Shown: one piece after another, positions 26,366-37,433 of the stretch
Layout of the letters: each line of letters begins with the position of its first letter
How positions within the stretch are numbered: the stretch's first letter is position 1
Source of the DNA: Alphaproteobacteria bacterium
Lineage (GTDB): Bacteria; Pseudomonadota; Alphaproteobacteria; CAAHEQ01; UBA3637
Direction of reading: 5' to 3'
NCBI GenBank assembly: GCA_015062245.1
Contig: SUVA01000003.1
Span: 21,372-85,371, forward strand
Length of the DNA: 64,000 nt
Notes under the pieces: generated by a model
The model's database searches: none
Told to the model about the DNA's origin: nothing
The model's input: the letters and a program-made list of their open reading frames with translations, nothing else
Made by a program: the position numbers and the translations under genes

Positions 26366-27542
26366 TTTCTGACTCCGAATTGAGCGTGCGAACAGCTTTA
26401 CGCAAAGAATTATTGGATAAATGTGAATATCTGAGGGTCATGGAAATATCAGAATGCCCTAAAAGTTCTTTAACCACAAAAATAGAATTTCCTTTTTCCA
26501 CAAGGCGACTTGCATACGTATGTCTTAATGTGTGAAAGACAACCTTTTGCCGTCTATCAGTGATTCCCTGATTGAGGCCCAATTTTTTCACGGCTCTTTC
26601 ATAAGTTCTTGATACATGTTCAATTTTTTTACCATTTCGGCTTGGAAAAAGGTGTTGATTTGTTTCTTTGTTTGGAAGTTTTGAAACTTCTTCAAAAACA
26701 CGATCTGTCATAAAGGCAAAACGGTTTTTCTTGTTTTTTGTATCTTTTAGAGTGAATTCTTTTTGATTCAAATTGACATCCGCCCAAGTCAGATTAAAAA
26801 TTTCTCCTGCTCGTAATCCACAGTCTGCCGAAATTAGAGCCATTAAATATACTTCATAGCTTCTCTTTTTAAGTTCTGTAAATAGAGCTTCCAATTCTTC
26901 AGCTGTTAAATAGCGTATGCGCCGATTGTCTTCTTTTTTACATTTTATTTTTGACGCAGGATTTTCCAAGCCAAAGTATAAATTTTCTTTTTTTGCAAAA
27001 TTGAACACTTGGCGCATAAGGGCAATCGCATAATTTTGACTTCGGACAGATAGTTGTTGATCTGCCATTATATTTTGCACCCTAATGAGGCTATTGCGGC
27101 TTATTTTTTCTAAGGGTAAAGAGCCAAAATAAGGTTCAAGCCATTTTTTAAATAAAACAAGCTCTCTATCATTTGTACTCTTTTTATGATATATTTGGCA
27201 ATAAGGCATATAACAAAGAGAAAAGATTTCCCTAAAAGTTTTGCTTTGAATACAATTCCTCTTATTACGTTCAAGAAGTTCATTGTTTTTCTTTTGTTGT
27301 TGTTGGGCTATTTCTTTTAAAGAGAATGCTGTACCAGCTTTTATACGTTGTTTTAAATCCCCTAATATATGATAAGCCTTTTCAGCTGTCCAACCCAGCG
27401 ATTTAAAACCAATCGGTTCTTCGTATTGTTTACCATTAACAGTATAGCGGATTGAAAAATAAATATCTTTCTTTCCTTGAGAGACACATTCTCTTTTTCT
27501 TACCCCTGGAAAATTTTTTGTCATTTTTACACTTCCTTTCAT
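26358..27542 (-). CDS. int: Tyrosine-type site-specific integrase
   Basis: Catalytic region HTLRHTYASRLVEKGNSIFVVKELLGHSDISMTLRYSHL (R...HxxR...Y); N-terminal SAM-like/arm-binding region; lies 270 nt from tRNA-His, reading away from it. Confidence 0.85.
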   Translation of the reverse strand: MKGSVKMTKNFPGVRKRECVSQGKKDIYFSIRYTVNGKQYEEPIGFKSLGWTAEKAYHILGDLKQRIKAGTAFSLKEIAQQQQKKNNELLERNKRNCIQSKTFREIFSLCYMPYCQIYHKKSTNDRELVLFKKWLEPYFGSLPLEKISRNSLIRVQNIMADQQLSVRSQNYAIALMRQVFNFAKKENLYFGLENPASKIKCKKEDNRRIRYLTAEELEALFTELKKRSYEVYLMALISADCGLRAGEIFNLTWADVNLNQKEFTLKDTKNKKNRFAFMTDRVFEEVSKLPNKETNQHLFPSRNGKKIEHVSRTYERAVKKLGLNQGITDRRQKVVFHTLRHTYASRLVEKGNSIFVVKELLGHSDISMTLRYSHLSNNSLRKAVRTLNSESEND

Positions 27543-27769
27543 GTGTTTTTTTGTTTGACAAAATTATCCCATATTTAAGAGAGAAAAACACGTCACTCAA
27601 TGCGTCACTCAGCGTTTTTCGTAAGTAATACATAACAAGTTTGATAAATATTTTAGGACAGCTTAATTTTTTAATCCCTAAATACCCCCTAAATTTTTGA
27701 GAATACATTTTAAAAATCTTCAAAAATAAAGGAAAATAGGTTTGAGAGGATAAAAATAGATTTTTTACT

Positions 27770-27798
27770 TGACTTTTGGTAAAAAATCTGCGAAAATA
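27770..27798 (+). promoter_or_regulatory. Weaker promoter-like sequence (TTGACT-17-GAAAAT) driving the intact tRNA-His; sits inside the element side of the repeat
   Basis: acttgacttttggtaaaaaatctgcgaaaat read directly. Confidence 0.3.
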
Positions 27799-27815
27799 AG
27801 GCTTATCAACCAGAT

Positions 27816-27893
27816 GGCGGATGTAGCTCAGTTGGTTAGAGCGCTGGTTTGTGGTACCAGATGTCGTCGGTTCGAGTCCGATCTTCCGCCCCA
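27816..27893 (+). tRNA. tRNA-His (anticodon GTG) with G-1 and encoded CCA
   Basis: Cloverleaf folded by eye: G-1, acceptor GCGGATG/CTTCCGC, D-arm GTAGCTCAGTTGGTTAGAGC, anticodon loop TTGTGGT, T-arm GTCGG-TTCGAGT-CCGAT, discriminator C, CCA. Confidence 0.85.
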
Positions 27894-27912
27894 TTTTTTT
27901 CAAGGAGTCTTT

Positions 27913-28134
27913 ATGGCAAAAGAGGAAGTATTGCAATTTACAGGTACCGTTGTGGAAGCTTTACCCAACGCAACTTTTCGTGTTCAATTGGAAAACGGTC
28001 ATGAAATTTTGGCGCATACCTCCGGAAAGATGCGTAAGTTCCGCATTCGTGTGATGGTTGGGGATAAGGTGGATATTGAAATGACCCCCTATGACCTGTC
28101 CAAAGGACGTATTTCTTTCAGACATAAAGCCTAA
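27913..28134 (+). CDS. infA: Translation initiation factor IF-1
   Basis: [73 protein letters not shown] matches IF-1 along its whole length; the track ORF's N-terminal extension across the tRNA is spurious. Confidence 0.9.
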   Translation: MAKEEVLQFTGTVVEALPNATFRVQLENGHEILAHTSGKMRKFRIRVMVGDKVDIEMTPYDLSKGRISFRHKA

Positions 28135-28161
28135 TATATATTAAAAGGGGAGGGCTTATCT

Positions 28162-29271
28162 ATGTGGTTACTTTTGTTGTGTGTGGTGCTGTTTTGTGCC
28201 TGTCTTTTTTCATTCCGTTTGGGGCAAAAGAACTTTATAAAATCATCTAAACTGTTAGCAAAAGAGTTAGATAACTTTTCGGCTTTTATTTTAACAGCTT
28301 CCTTTATTGTCGGAACTGCTTTTTTATCTGCTGTTAAAGGATTGCCGATTTATACATTAAATATTTTTGTGGGACTGTTGTTGGCTGTTTTTTATTTTTC
28401 ACAAAAAAAATTGACAAAGTTGAAAAAAAACTTGATTTACTTTGCCTTGTCTTTGGTGGCGGTTTTGGGGTTGTTATTGCCACAGGAAAGCTTTTCTTTT
28501 TATTATCTTTTTGGATGTTCCTTTTTGGCGTTGTTATGGTTAATCGGATGGCGGTTATTTTGCCATTTTGATAAAGAACCCTTGGTTTCATATATAACTG
28601 CAACTTCTTGGGCTTTTGCTTTGTTTTTGGTCGGGATGATGATACCTGTTTTTGGGAATGTTTTGGGTGTTTTTTGCGCCATTATCGGTGTAAGTGTATT
28701 TGCCGTTTTGCGTTCCAGATTAAACTTAGGTGTTTTGAATTTCGGTCCTTTTGCCTCGGAAATTATCGGCTTTGTTTTTGGTGGTGTTTGGACTTTGGTT
28801 ATATTGAACACTAATCCGCTTCTTTTGATTTTACCCTATGGTTATTACCTGATGGAAGTATGCCGAACATTGATTGCAGATGTAAAAAAACAAAATCCGG
28901 AAACATTGTTTTCTGTGGCTTTAAAAAGCGAAGTCAGAAAGAAAAGAGCTATATCTGTTCTTTTTTCGCATATTTTTCTTTTAAGTGTTTTGGCCGGCGT
29001 TTTATCATTACTTGGTTTTAATGTTCAAAAAAATAATTTGGTCGTTTTATGTTTGTTGGTGATTGTGGGGTTTGATTTATATAATAATTTGGTCAATTTG
29101 GAAAGACCTGTCGGAACATGGAAGGATATGTTTTCTTCAATAAAAGAAGGAATAAAACAATTACCAAAAGGCATTAAAAGCGCTTTGAATACCCCAAAAG
29201 AAAGATTAAAAAAGAAAAAAACAACTAAAAAGTTAAAAAGTAAAACGAAAGAAAAGGGGCGTAAAAAATGA
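28162..29271 (+). CDS. Polytopic membrane protein (369 aa, ~10 TM) with C-terminal poly-Lys tail; function unknown
   Basis: Hydrophobic throughout; ends [24 protein letters not shown]; stop overlaps uvrB start. Confidence 0.45.
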   Translation: MWLLLLCVVLFCACLFSFRLGQKNFIKSSKLLAKELDNFSAFILTASFIVGTAFLSAVKGLPIYTLNIFVGLLLAVFYFSQKKLTKLKKNLIYFALSLVAVLGLLLPQESFSFYYLFGCSFLALLWLIGWRLFCHFDKEPLVSYITATSWAFALFLVGMMIPVFGNVLGVFCAIIGVSVFAVLRSRLNLGVLNFGPFASEIIGFVFGGVWTLVILNTNPLLLILPYGYYLMEVCRTLIADVKKQNPETLFSVALKSEVRKKRAISVLFSHIFLLSVLAGVLSLLGFNVQKNNLVVLCLLVIVGFDLYNNLVNLERPVGTWKDMFSSIKEGIKQLPKGIKSALNTPKERLKKKKTTKKLKSKTKEKGRKK

Positions 29272-31289
29272 TTCCTCTTTATAATAAACCGGAATTGTTG
29301 GGGGACGCGGATTTTCATCTGGAGTCCCCTTTTTCACCCGCAGGTGATCAACCTCAGGCGATACAGGAATTGATAGACGGCCTAAAAAACAACGAACATA
29401 ATCAGGTTTTACTGGGTATTACAGGTTCAGGAAAAACATTTACAATGGCCCATGTGATTAATGCCGTTAAACGTCCGACTTTAATTTTGGCGCACAACAA
29501 AACTTTGGCCGCTCAATTGTATGGCGAAATGAAATCTTTCTTTCCAAACAATGCTGTGGAATATTTCGTTTCCTATTATGATTATTATCAACCCGAAGCT
29601 TATATTCCCAAAACAGATACTTATATTGAAAAAGATTCGGCTATCAACGAACAAATTGACAGATTACGCCATTCGGCCACACGCCATTTGTTGGAAAGAC
29701 GTGATGTGATTGTGGTGTCATCTGTATCCTGTATTTATGGTATCGGTGATGCCGAAAGTTATTCGTCCATGGCTTTTTCGTTAAAAAAAGGTGATACTGT
29801 TGATTTAACACAACTGACCCGAAACTTGACAGAATTGCAATACAAAAGAAATGATATCGCTTTTGAACGAGGTTCTTTTCGTTTAAATGGTGATGTTTTG
29901 GATATATTCCCCAGCCACTATGAAGATTTGGCATGGCGTGTTATGCTGTTCGGGGACGAAATAGAAGACATTTTTGAATTTGATCCTTTAACGGGAAAAA
30001 AGAAAATGCAGTTGCCTGAAATCACCGTCTTTCCGGCCAGTCACTATGTTACACCAAGACCGGCTCTTTCCCAAGCCATTAAAACGATTCGGCAGGAATT
30101 AAAGGAACGAATTAGTTATTATAATGAACACAATATGCCCTTGGAAGCCGAAAGAATATCCCAAAGAACGCGTTATGATTTGGAGATGATGGAAGCCACC
30201 GGCTCATGCAAAGGTATTGAGAACTATTCCAGACATTTAACAGGGCGAAAATCCGGTGAAGCCCCGCCCACATTGTTTGAATACCTGCCAAAAGACGCTT
30301 TGGTTTTTATTGATGAAAGTCATGTGACTATTCCCCAAATAGGTGCGATGTATAAAGGTGACCGTTCACGAAAAACAACTTTGGCAGAATATGGTTTTCG
30401 CCTGCCATCATGTATGGATAACAGACCTTTAAAGTTTGAAGAATGGGAAAAAATGCGACCTGATACCATCTTTGTTTCGGCAACCCCTGGACAATGGGAG
30501 TTGGAACAAACAAAGGGGGTTTTTACCGAACAAATTATTCGTCCCACAGGTTTATTGGATCCCGAATGTATTGTGCGTCCTGTATCCACACAAGTGGAAG
30601 ATTTAATATCGGAATGTCAGTTGGAAACGGCCAAAGGCCACCGTGTTTTGGTAACAACTTTAACAAAAAAAATGGCCGAAGATTTAACGGATTACCTGAA
30701 CGAAAACGGTGTTCGGGCTAAATATATGCACTCGGATATTGATACTTTGGAAAGAATTCAAATCATTCGTGAGTTACGATTGGGTGAATTTGATGTGTTG
30801 GTTGGGATCAACCTTTTGCGTGAAGGTTTGGACATTCCCGAGGTTGCCTTGGTGGCGGTTTTGGATGCCGATAAAGAGGGTTTTTTGCGTTCTTCCACTT
30901 CATTGATTCAAACGATAGGGCGGGCGGCCCGTAATGCCGAAGGACGTGTGATTTTATATGCCGATAAAATGACAGGTTCGTTGGAATATGCATTGAACGA
31001 AACGAATCGTCGTCGTGAAAAGCAAATCGCCTTTAATTTAGAAAATCATATTACGCCAAAAGGTATTCAAAAGTCTATTCCGGATTTAATTAAAGACTTT
31101 AATGATTTAACGGGAAATTCTCAAAGCAAAACGGTTAAAATTGAAGAATCTGTGGAAGAATTGAAAAAACAGATGTTGGCAGCGGCCGAAGACTTGGATT
31201 TTGAACGGGCAGCCGAACTACGTGATAAAATTAAAAAGTTGACAGATATTGAATTGATGGATGGGGAAACATTAATATGGAAAAAATGA
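29268..31289 (+). CDS. uvrB: Excinuclease ABC subunit B
   Basis: Walker [13 protein letters not shown], helicase motifs, C-terminal UVR domain [16 protein letters not shown]; 673 aa. Confidence 0.9.
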   Translation: MIPLYNKPELLGDADFHLESPFSPAGDQPQAIQELIDGLKNNEHNQVLLGITGSGKTFTMAHVINAVKRPTLILAHNKTLAAQLYGEMKSFFPNNAVEYFVSYYDYYQPEAYIPKTDTYIEKDSAINEQIDRLRHSATRHLLERRDVIVVSSVSCIYGIGDAESYSSMAFSLKKGDTVDLTQLTRNLTELQYKRNDIAFERGSFRLNGDVLDIFPSHYEDLAWRVMLFGDEIEDIFEFDPLTGKKKMQLPEITVFPASHYVTPRPALSQAIKTIRQELKERISYYNEHNMPLEAERISQRTRYDLEMMEATGSCKGIENYSRHLTGRKSGEAPPTLFEYLPKDALVFIDESHVTIPQIGAMYKGDRSRKTTLAEYGFRLPSCMDNRPLKFEEWEKMRPDTIFVSATPGQWELEQTKGVFTEQIIRPTGLLDPECIVRPVSTQVEDLISECQLETAKGHRVLVTTLTKKMAEDLTDYLNENGVRAKYMHSDIDTLERIQIIRELRLGEFDVLVGINLLREGLDIPEVALVAVLDADKEGFLRSSTSLIQTIGRAARNAEGRVILYADKMTGSLEYALNETNRRREKQIAFNLENHITPKGIQKSIPDLIKDFNDLTGNSQSKTVKIEESVEELKKQMLAAAEDLDFERAAELRDKIKKLTDIELMDGETLIWKK

Positions 31290-31972
31290 TTTATGGTCTG
31301 CTTATATTATTGGTTTTAATTGGGATATTTTTTTATTTAAGTATTCCTAAAACATTCCACTATAAAGACAGAAGTCAAAAAATTCAGTTTTTGGTGGTTC
31401 ACAGTTTCGCTTTGCCTGTTGATGAAATGATAAAACGTTTAGATGAATTGGGGGTTAGCACGCATTATTTGATAGATGAAAACGGAAAAATCATTCAATT
31501 GGTTGATGATGATAAGGTGGCTTTTCATGCAGGGGTCAGCTATTGGAAAGGTCAGACAAGCTTAAATGAAACAAGCATTGGCATTGAATTACAAAGTAAG
31601 ACATTGGGGCAAACACCATTTTCACCAAAACAATTGGAAGTATTTAAAAACTTGACAGAAAAATTGATAAAAAAATATGATATTCCAAGGGAAAATGTTG
31701 TGGGACACAGCGATATTGCCCCAACACGGAAAGTGGATCCCGGTAAAATGTTCCCATGGCGTGATTTACAAATTGGCCCCAAGGATATAGAGCAGGGGGA
31801 TATTCGTCAAAAATTATCCCAAATCGGCTATGATACGACGAATTTAAAGGCGGCCGAAGTGGCGTATTATCGCCATTTTCATCCGGATTTGGTTGAAACA
31901 GATGAAGATATCATGCATATGGAAGAAAATTTGGCTCAATTAATTGATGATAAAAACAGCCCATTAGAGTAA
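31277..31972 (+). CDS. N-acetylmuramoyl-L-alanine amidase (amidase_2 / AmpD-AmiD family) with N-terminal membrane anchor
   Basis: VVHSFALP ... [11 protein letters not shown] ... IGIELQ ... [16 protein letters not shown] motifs; N-terminal TM segment. Confidence 0.7.
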   Translation: MEKMIYGLLILLVLIGIFFYLSIPKTFHYKDRSQKIQFLVVHSFALPVDEMIKRLDELGVSTHYLIDENGKIIQLVDDDKVAFHAGVSYWKGQTSLNETSIGIELQSKTLGQTPFSPKQLEVFKNLTEKLIKKYDIPRENVVGHSDIAPTRKVDPGKMFPWRDLQIGPKDIEQGDIRQKLSQIGYDTTNLKAAEVAYYRHFHPDLVETDEDIMHMEENLAQLIDDKNSPLE

Positions 31973-32036
31973 ATAATTCTTGATTTTTTTTACTTTTTTT
32001 TGTACAATTTCCCCTATTCAAAGAAGGAGTTTGGAT

Positions 32037-33101
32037 ATGCAAGAAAAATTGTCTGAAATTAAATCAACGGTATTACCGGCTGTTGAAAGTGCGAAAACTT
32101 TGGCAGAATTGGATGCCGTTCGTGTGGGCGTTGTCGGCAAAAACGGTTCTTTAACAGCCATGATGAAAGAAATGGGGGCTTTAAGCATTGAAGAAAAAAA
32201 GGTTTTCGGTGCTGCCATCAATGCTGTTAAAATGCAAGTAATGAAAGCGATTGAAGATAAAAAATCAGCACTGGAAGATGCTGAATTGAATCAAAAATTA
32301 CAAGCCGAAAGTATTGATGTAACATTGCCGTGCCGTCCGCAAAATGTTGGCCGTATCCACCCGATTACTCAGGCCATTGAAGAATCTTTGACAATCTTTG
32401 CTCAAATGGGTTTTGATTTGGCAGAAGGCCCTGATATTGAAGATGATTGGCATAACTTTGAGGCTTTAAATTTACCAAAGGAACATCCGGCCCGTCAAAT
32501 GCAGGCAACATTCTTCTTTGATAATAAAAATATGTTGCGTACCCAAACTTCGGGTGTTCAGATTCGTACGATGGAAAATCAAAGACCGCCTATTAAGATT
32601 GTATGTCCCGGTCGCACATATCGTCGTGATTACGATGCGACACATACACCGATGTTCCACCAAATTGAAGGTTTGGTTATTGATGAAAAAACAAATTTGG
32701 CCAACCTGCGTTCCGTGTTGATGGAATTTTTTAAGCTGTTTTTTGAAACAGATGATGTTGCTTTCCGTTTTAGAACTTCTTATTTCCCATTTACAGAACC
32801 ATCTTATGAAATGGATTTGGGTGGAGTCATGGCCCGTAATATCGGTAAAGAATGGTTGGAAATGGGCGGATGCGGTATCGTTGACCCCAGAGTGTTAAAA
32901 AATTGCGGTATTGATCCCGACAAATATCAAGGTTTTGCTTTTGGTATCGGTTTGGACAGATTGGCCATGATGAAATATGGGATTAAGGATTTGCGTCCTA
33001 TGTTTGAAGCTGATATGAAATGGATTAAACATTATGGCTTCTTGCCTTTGGATGTGCCGACAATTACCAGTGGTCTTTCCTTGAATGGAGGTAAAAAATG
33101 A
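32037..33101 (+). CDS. pheS: Phenylalanine--tRNA ligase alpha subunit
   Basis: Class II aaRS motifs (FRxSYFPFTEPS, GCGIVDP); start set at MQEKLSEIK. Confidence 0.9.
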   Translation: MQEKLSEIKSTVLPAVESAKTLAELDAVRVGVVGKNGSLTAMMKEMGALSIEEKKVFGAAINAVKMQVMKAIEDKKSALEDAELNQKLQAESIDVTLPCRPQNVGRIHPITQAIEESLTIFAQMGFDLAEGPDIEDDWHNFEALNLPKEHPARQMQATFFFDNKNMLRTQTSGVQIRTMENQRPPIKIVCPGRTYRRDYDATHTPMFHQIEGLVIDEKTNLANLRSVLMEFFKLFFETDDVAFRFRTSYFPFTEPSYEMDLGGVMARNIGKEWLEMGGCGIVDPRVLKNCGIDPDKYQGFAFGIGLDRLAMMKYGIKDLRPMFEADMKWIKHYGFLPLDVPTITSGLSLNGGKK

Positions 33102-35461
33102 GATTTTCTTTAGAACATTTAAAACGTTATTTGAAAACAGATAAATCGGTAAATGAGTTGGCCGAAAAATTAACGATGTTAGGTCTTGAAATTGAAGAAA
33201 TTCAAGATTTGGCATCTTCTTTGGATGGTTTTGTGGTTGGTGAAATTATGGCTGTTGAACAACACCCCAATGCTGACAGATTGCATGTTTTACGTGTTTT
33301 TAACGGGCAAGACACTCTGCAAATCGTTTGCGGTGCCCCCAATGTACGGGTGGGGATGAAGTCTATTTTGGCTGTCCCTGGGTGCTTGATTCCGAAATTT
33401 CAGGAAAAATTACAGGCCGGTAAAATTCGTGGTGTTGAATCCAACGGTATGATGTGTGCCGAAGATGAACTTTTAATTGGTGAAGATCATACCGGTATTA
33501 TTGATTTAAAAACAGATTTACCGGCAGGAACACCTGCCGCCAAGGCTTTGAATGCCGATGTCATTTTTGATATCAATGTAACTCCAAATCGTCCGGATTG
33601 TTTGGGCGTAAAAGGTATTGCCCGTGATTTGGCTGCCGCCGATATGGGTGAATTTGTGCAAGCTGATATTCAGGAGATTAAAGGCAGCTTTGAAAGCCTC
33701 ATAAAAGTATCCATTCAAGATGAAACATGCCCAATTTATACGGGCCGTTATATTCGTAACGTCCAAAACGGTGAAAGTCCCGAATGGATGAAAAAAGCCT
33801 TGATTGCCGCAGGATTGCGTCCGATTTCGGCTTTGGTGGATATTACCAATTATTTAAATATCAGCGAATGTCGTCCTTTGCATGTTTTTGATGCCGATAA
33901 ATTGACAGGAAATATCACTGTTCGATCGGCCAAAGAAGGAGAAAAGATTCAAGCTTTGGATGATAAAGAATATACTTTAACGTCAGATGTTTGTGTAATT
34001 GCCGATGATTCAAAAGCACTTTGTATGGCCGGTATTATGGGGGGTGTAGATACAGCCGTTTCAGCTGAAACCAAAAATGTCTTTTTGGAAAGCGCCTATT
34101 TTTTGCCGGCAAAAATCGCCAGAGCAGGGGGACTGACCAATGCTTTGTCCGATTCACGTTCACGCTATGAACGTGGTATTGATCCGGCCAGTTGCGAAGC
34201 CGATAATAATCGTGCCACCCAAATGATTTTGGATATATGTGGCGGTGAAGCAAGTGCTATTGAAATTGCGGGTGCTGTCCCAGATTGCGAAACACAAATT
34301 CAATTCAATTATGATGAAGTCAAACGTTTAACGGGAATGGAAGTTCCTAAAGAAAAAATGCAACAAATCTTGACAAAACTCGGTTTTAAAGTTGACGGTA
34401 ACAGTATAACCGTTCCGTCCTGGCGTTGTCATGATGTTTCTTTACCGGCCGATTTAGTGGAAGAAATCGTGCGTGTTTATGGTTTGGAAACTTTACCTGA
34501 AGAACCTATGCGGGCTGATACTTTGCCTATTGGAACTTTGTTGCCCCAACAAAAAAGGGAAGTGGCCGTGCGTCGTGCTTTGGCATTCCAAGGTTTGAAT
34601 CAAGTAATTACATGGTCGTTTATGGATTCTAAATTGGCTAAATACTTTGATTCAAAGGGGTTGAAATTATCAAATCCGATTTCATCTGATTTAGATGAAA
34701 TGCGTCCGTCTTTGGTTGCCAATTTATTGTCTGCCGTTAAACGTAATCAAGATATGGGTTGTGGTGATGTTCAATTATTTGAAGTAGGTCCTGAATTTTT
34801 CAAGGATACACCTGATGGTCAACGGTTAGTTGCCTGTGCTGTTCGTGCGGGAAAATACTTACCAAAAACTTGGACGGAAACGAATCGTTTCGTGGATGTT
34901 TTTGACGCCAAGCAAGACGCCATAACGGCTTTAATGGCAGCTGATGCCCCCGAAAGTTTGACGGTTTATAAAAATGCACCATCTTGGTATCATCCCGGTC
35001 GAAGTGGTTCTTTACAGTTGGGGAAAAATGTTTTGGCTGTTTTTGGTGAAATTCATCCGAAAGTTTTAAAAGCATTTGATATTAAAACGCCTGTGGTGGC
35101 CTGCGAGGTTTATTTGGACACAATACCAATGCCAAAAAAACGTAATAATAAGATGATGAAAGAGTTCAAAAAATCACCATATCAGGCTGTTACACGTGAT
35201 TTTGCTTTTGTGATGGACAAGGGGGTTGAGGCCCAAAAATTATTGGCCAGCATTCAAAATACAGATAAAAATTTGATTCAATCTGTTACTGTTTTTGACG
35301 TCTATCAAGGCGATAATTTACCGCAAGGCAAAAAACAAGTCGCTGTTCAGGTTGTTATCCAATCTATGGAAAAAACATTAACGGATGCCGAAATTGAAGG
35401 GGTTTCACAGCGTATTATAATAAATGCCCAAAAAAATGTCGGCGCTGAATTACGACAATAA
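33098..35461 (+). CDS. pheT: Phenylalanine--tRNA ligase beta subunit
   Basis: 787 aa; tRNA-binding N-terminal domain, B3/4 and B5 regions; overlaps pheS stop. Confidence 0.9.
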   Translation: MRFSLEHLKRYLKTDKSVNELAEKLTMLGLEIEEIQDLASSLDGFVVGEIMAVEQHPNADRLHVLRVFNGQDTLQIVCGAPNVRVGMKSILAVPGCLIPKFQEKLQAGKIRGVESNGMMCAEDELLIGEDHTGIIDLKTDLPAGTPAAKALNADVIFDINVTPNRPDCLGVKGIARDLAAADMGEFVQADIQEIKGSFESLIKVSIQDETCPIYTGRYIRNVQNGESPEWMKKALIAAGLRPISALVDITNYLNISECRPLHVFDADKLTGNITVRSAKEGEKIQALDDKEYTLTSDVCVIADDSKALCMAGIMGGVDTAVSAETKNVFLESAYFLPAKIARAGGLTNALSDSRSRYERGIDPASCEADNNRATQMILDICGGEASAIEIAGAVPDCETQIQFNYDEVKRLTGMEVPKEKMQQILTKLGFKVDGNSITVPSWRCHDVSLPADLVEEIVRVYGLETLPEEPMRADTLPIGTLLPQQKREVAVRRALAFQGLNQVITWSFMDSKLAKYFDSKGLKLSNPISSDLDEMRPSLVANLLSAVKRNQDMGCGDVQLFEVGPEFFKDTPDGQRLVACAVRAGKYLPKTWTETNRFVDVFDAKQDAITALMAADAPESLTVYKNAPSWYHPGRSGSLQLGKNVLAVFGEIHPKVLKAFDIKTPVVACEVYLDTIPMPKKRNNKMMKEFKKSPYQAVTRDFAFVMDKGVEAQKLLASIQNTDKNLIQSVTVFDVYQGDNLPQGKKQVAVQVVIQSMEKTLTDAEIEGVSQRIIINAQKNVGAELRQ

Positions 35462-35476
35462 TGGAGGTAAAAGAAC

Positions 35477-36043
35477 ATGAAAATAGATTACAATAAATTA
35501 AGAGAAATTTTTCAAAGAGATAATGCAGCTAGAAAATTTTTACTCAATGCACCGGAAGAAGAGACTATTGCACTTTGGAACCAGATTGGAAATGGATTTT
35601 CAAAATTGGAAAGTAGGGCTGAATGTAATGAGTTTTTGGGAATAATTGCAAATGCAAATGGCGCTTTATCAATTAAAGAGCGTAAAGAAGTTTTAAAACG
35701 CTTTAGAGATACTTATCATCACTCTTTGGTCGGCTCAATAGCAGGAGGAAACCCTCTGCCGATTTCTTTGTCTTTTGATGATTATGATTTTATAAAAAGT
35801 GCTTTTTTACGTTCTCAAAAAGCTCAATTTACAAAGACTGCCCGTGAACAAACCGCCCAAAAATTGAAAGAACTTCATAAAGATGGTATGTCCTTAGAGG
35901 GTAGAAAAGCCTATCTTGTTGAAACAGCCAAAAACACTTATCCTTTAAAGAAAAAAGGCAAAGGAGATGCAATCATCCATCGGACATTAAAGGAAAGAAG
36001 TAAGCTACAAAAACTAAAAAAGTTTTTAACCCGAACAAAATAA
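35477..36043 (+). CDS. Hypothetical Lys-rich protein (188 aa)
   Basis: ORF with RBS; no domain recognised; terminator hairpin follows at ~36052-36090. Confidence 0.4.
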   Translation: MKIDYNKLREIFQRDNAARKFLLNAPEEETIALWNQIGNGFSKLESRAECNEFLGIIANANGALSIKERKEVLKRFRDTYHHSLVGSIAGGNPLPISLSFDDYDFIKSAFLRSQKAQFTKTAREQTAQKLKELHKDGMSLEGRKAYLVETAKNTYPLKKKGKGDAIIHRTLKERSKLQKLKKFLTRTK

Positions 36044-36249
36044 AGAATAATAGCTCTGATAAATTGTCAGAGCTATATTTATTTTAAAATTAACCAAATA
36101 TAAAGTATTTAAAAGTTATCAACAAAGTTATCCACATATTTTATAAGTATTTGTTTTTTAAAGAGAATAGCGCGTTTTTCTTAAATACAAAATGTCGCAT
36201 AATTTATATTATGTATAGTATATGGCAATTTTAAGAAAGGAAAAAGAAT

Positions 36250-37020
36250 ATGACAAAGACATTGACCGAATTGATTTTTTATGATAAAATTATACAAAAG
36301 GAAAAAATAATGAAGAATTTACCAACAAACACTTATCAGCCAGCTGAACAGAAAATTTTTTCTAATTTATCTCTATCACCGCTTCAAATATCTTTATTGG
36401 ACAGATTGAATAACTTTGCCACTTATCAGGCGCAAAACAATTCTGAAGTTCGTCGAATGGCCAATAAGACGGTCTATCAGACAAATTATGAGCTAAAATT
36501 GGCTTTGGTAGCCTTGCTGACGACATGCGCCTTACTGGATCCCACACGTGAAGGCCAAGAAACTGAGAAGTTTTTTAATTCCCAAATAAACATCATTCAA
36601 AAAACACCTCAGGAAAAAATGATTTATTTTGGCCCTATCCGTCCATTTTTACTTCAAAATTTTTTAATTCCTGAAATGGTTGATGATTGGATTACTTACC
36701 GTGATGCACATGGTGACGGCATTTATGCGTTGAAAGATAAAAAAACACGTTTGCAAGGCTTAAATTCGTTTTCTCCAGGCGGTTCACCTGTTATGGAATT
36801 TGCCCGTTTTTATCGTAAATTTATGGAAGAAAAGATAAAGAAAGAAAATGATTTTCGTCAACAATTTCAACAAACAGCTTTAAAAAGCCTGACGGACGAA
36901 ATTGTACGCCAACAACTGCAAAATGGTCGTAATCCTGCTGAGATTTTATCACATATAATGTCTGCTGATTTATTGTCAAGTGATTGTAATGATCAGCAAT
37001 TATCACTTCCAAAAAAATAA
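36250..37020 (+). CDS. Hypothetical protein (up to 256 aa; true start possibly at MKNLPTNTY, 36310)
   Basis: ORF only. Confidence 0.4.
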   Translation: MTKTLTELIFYDKIIQKEKIMKNLPTNTYQPAEQKIFSNLSLSPLQISLLDRLNNFATYQAQNNSEVRRMANKTVYQTNYELKLALVALLTTCALLDPTREGQETEKFFNSQINIIQKTPQEKMIYFGPIRPFLLQNFLIPEMVDDWITYRDAHGDGIYALKDKKTRLQGLNSFSPGGSPVMEFARFYRKFMEEKIKKENDFRQQFQQTALKSLTDEIVRQQLQNGRNPAEILSHIMSADLLSSDCNDQQLSLPKK

Positions 37021-37073
37021 TATCGTTGACAAAGTCTTATAAATGAAGTAAAACAATAAAAAAGAGGTGAAAA

Positions 37074-37433
37074 ATGACAAAAAAAACACAAGAAAACAAA
37101 ATTTTGTTGAATAGATTGGCTTATTTTTTCAAACATTTTAAGCCTGAGCAGAAAAAATTTATGTCCAAATCTATGGATGATTTTTTGAATGAATCAAAAA
37201 AAACGGCGCCGACATCTAAAAGTTTATATAAAATTTTGGATTTTATGACGGAAAAAGTTTTCAAACCCATCGGAAAAATCAAAAAATCAGTTCAAAATTT
37301 AAAAAAACGTCGTGAAAAAATGAAACCATCACTTTTGTTGTTGCACGATTCACCTGAACGTGTTCAACAAAGATATCGGGGCTATTTAAAACCACGTCGT
37401 GTGCGCAAAAGAAATACATCCAAAAACAGATGA
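37074..37433 (+). CDS. Hypothetical highly basic protein (119 aa)
   Basis: ORF with AGAGGTG RBS; K/R-rich C-terminus; stop overlaps queH start. Confidence 0.35.
   Translation: MTKKTQENKILLNRLAYFFKHFKPEQKKFMSKSMDDFLNESKKTAPTSKSLYKILDFMTEKVFKPIGKIKKSVQNLKKRREKMKPSLLLLHDSPERVQQRYRGYLKPRRVRKRNTSKNR

Larger units (their letters stand above)
20210..27855. mobile_element. ~7.6 kb integrative element (P4/PICI-like satellite or small genomic island) inserted in tRNA-His
   Basis: Tyrosine integrase adjacent to the tRNA, AEP primase-polymerase replication protein, XRE regulator, and a flanking 47-bp direct repeat of the tRNA 5' half. Confidence 0.65.

Noticed and set aside
27436-27936. 166-aa minus-strand ORF spanning the integrase 5' end, the att repeat and tRNA-His
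   Set aside because: Overlaps a well-supported integrase start and a tRNA gene; no RBS; spurious.
27769-28134. 121-aa version of the infA ORF starting inside the island/tRNA
   Set aside because: The real IF-1 begins at the conserved MAKEEV... (27913) just after the tRNA. The upstream extension crosses the tRNA gene.
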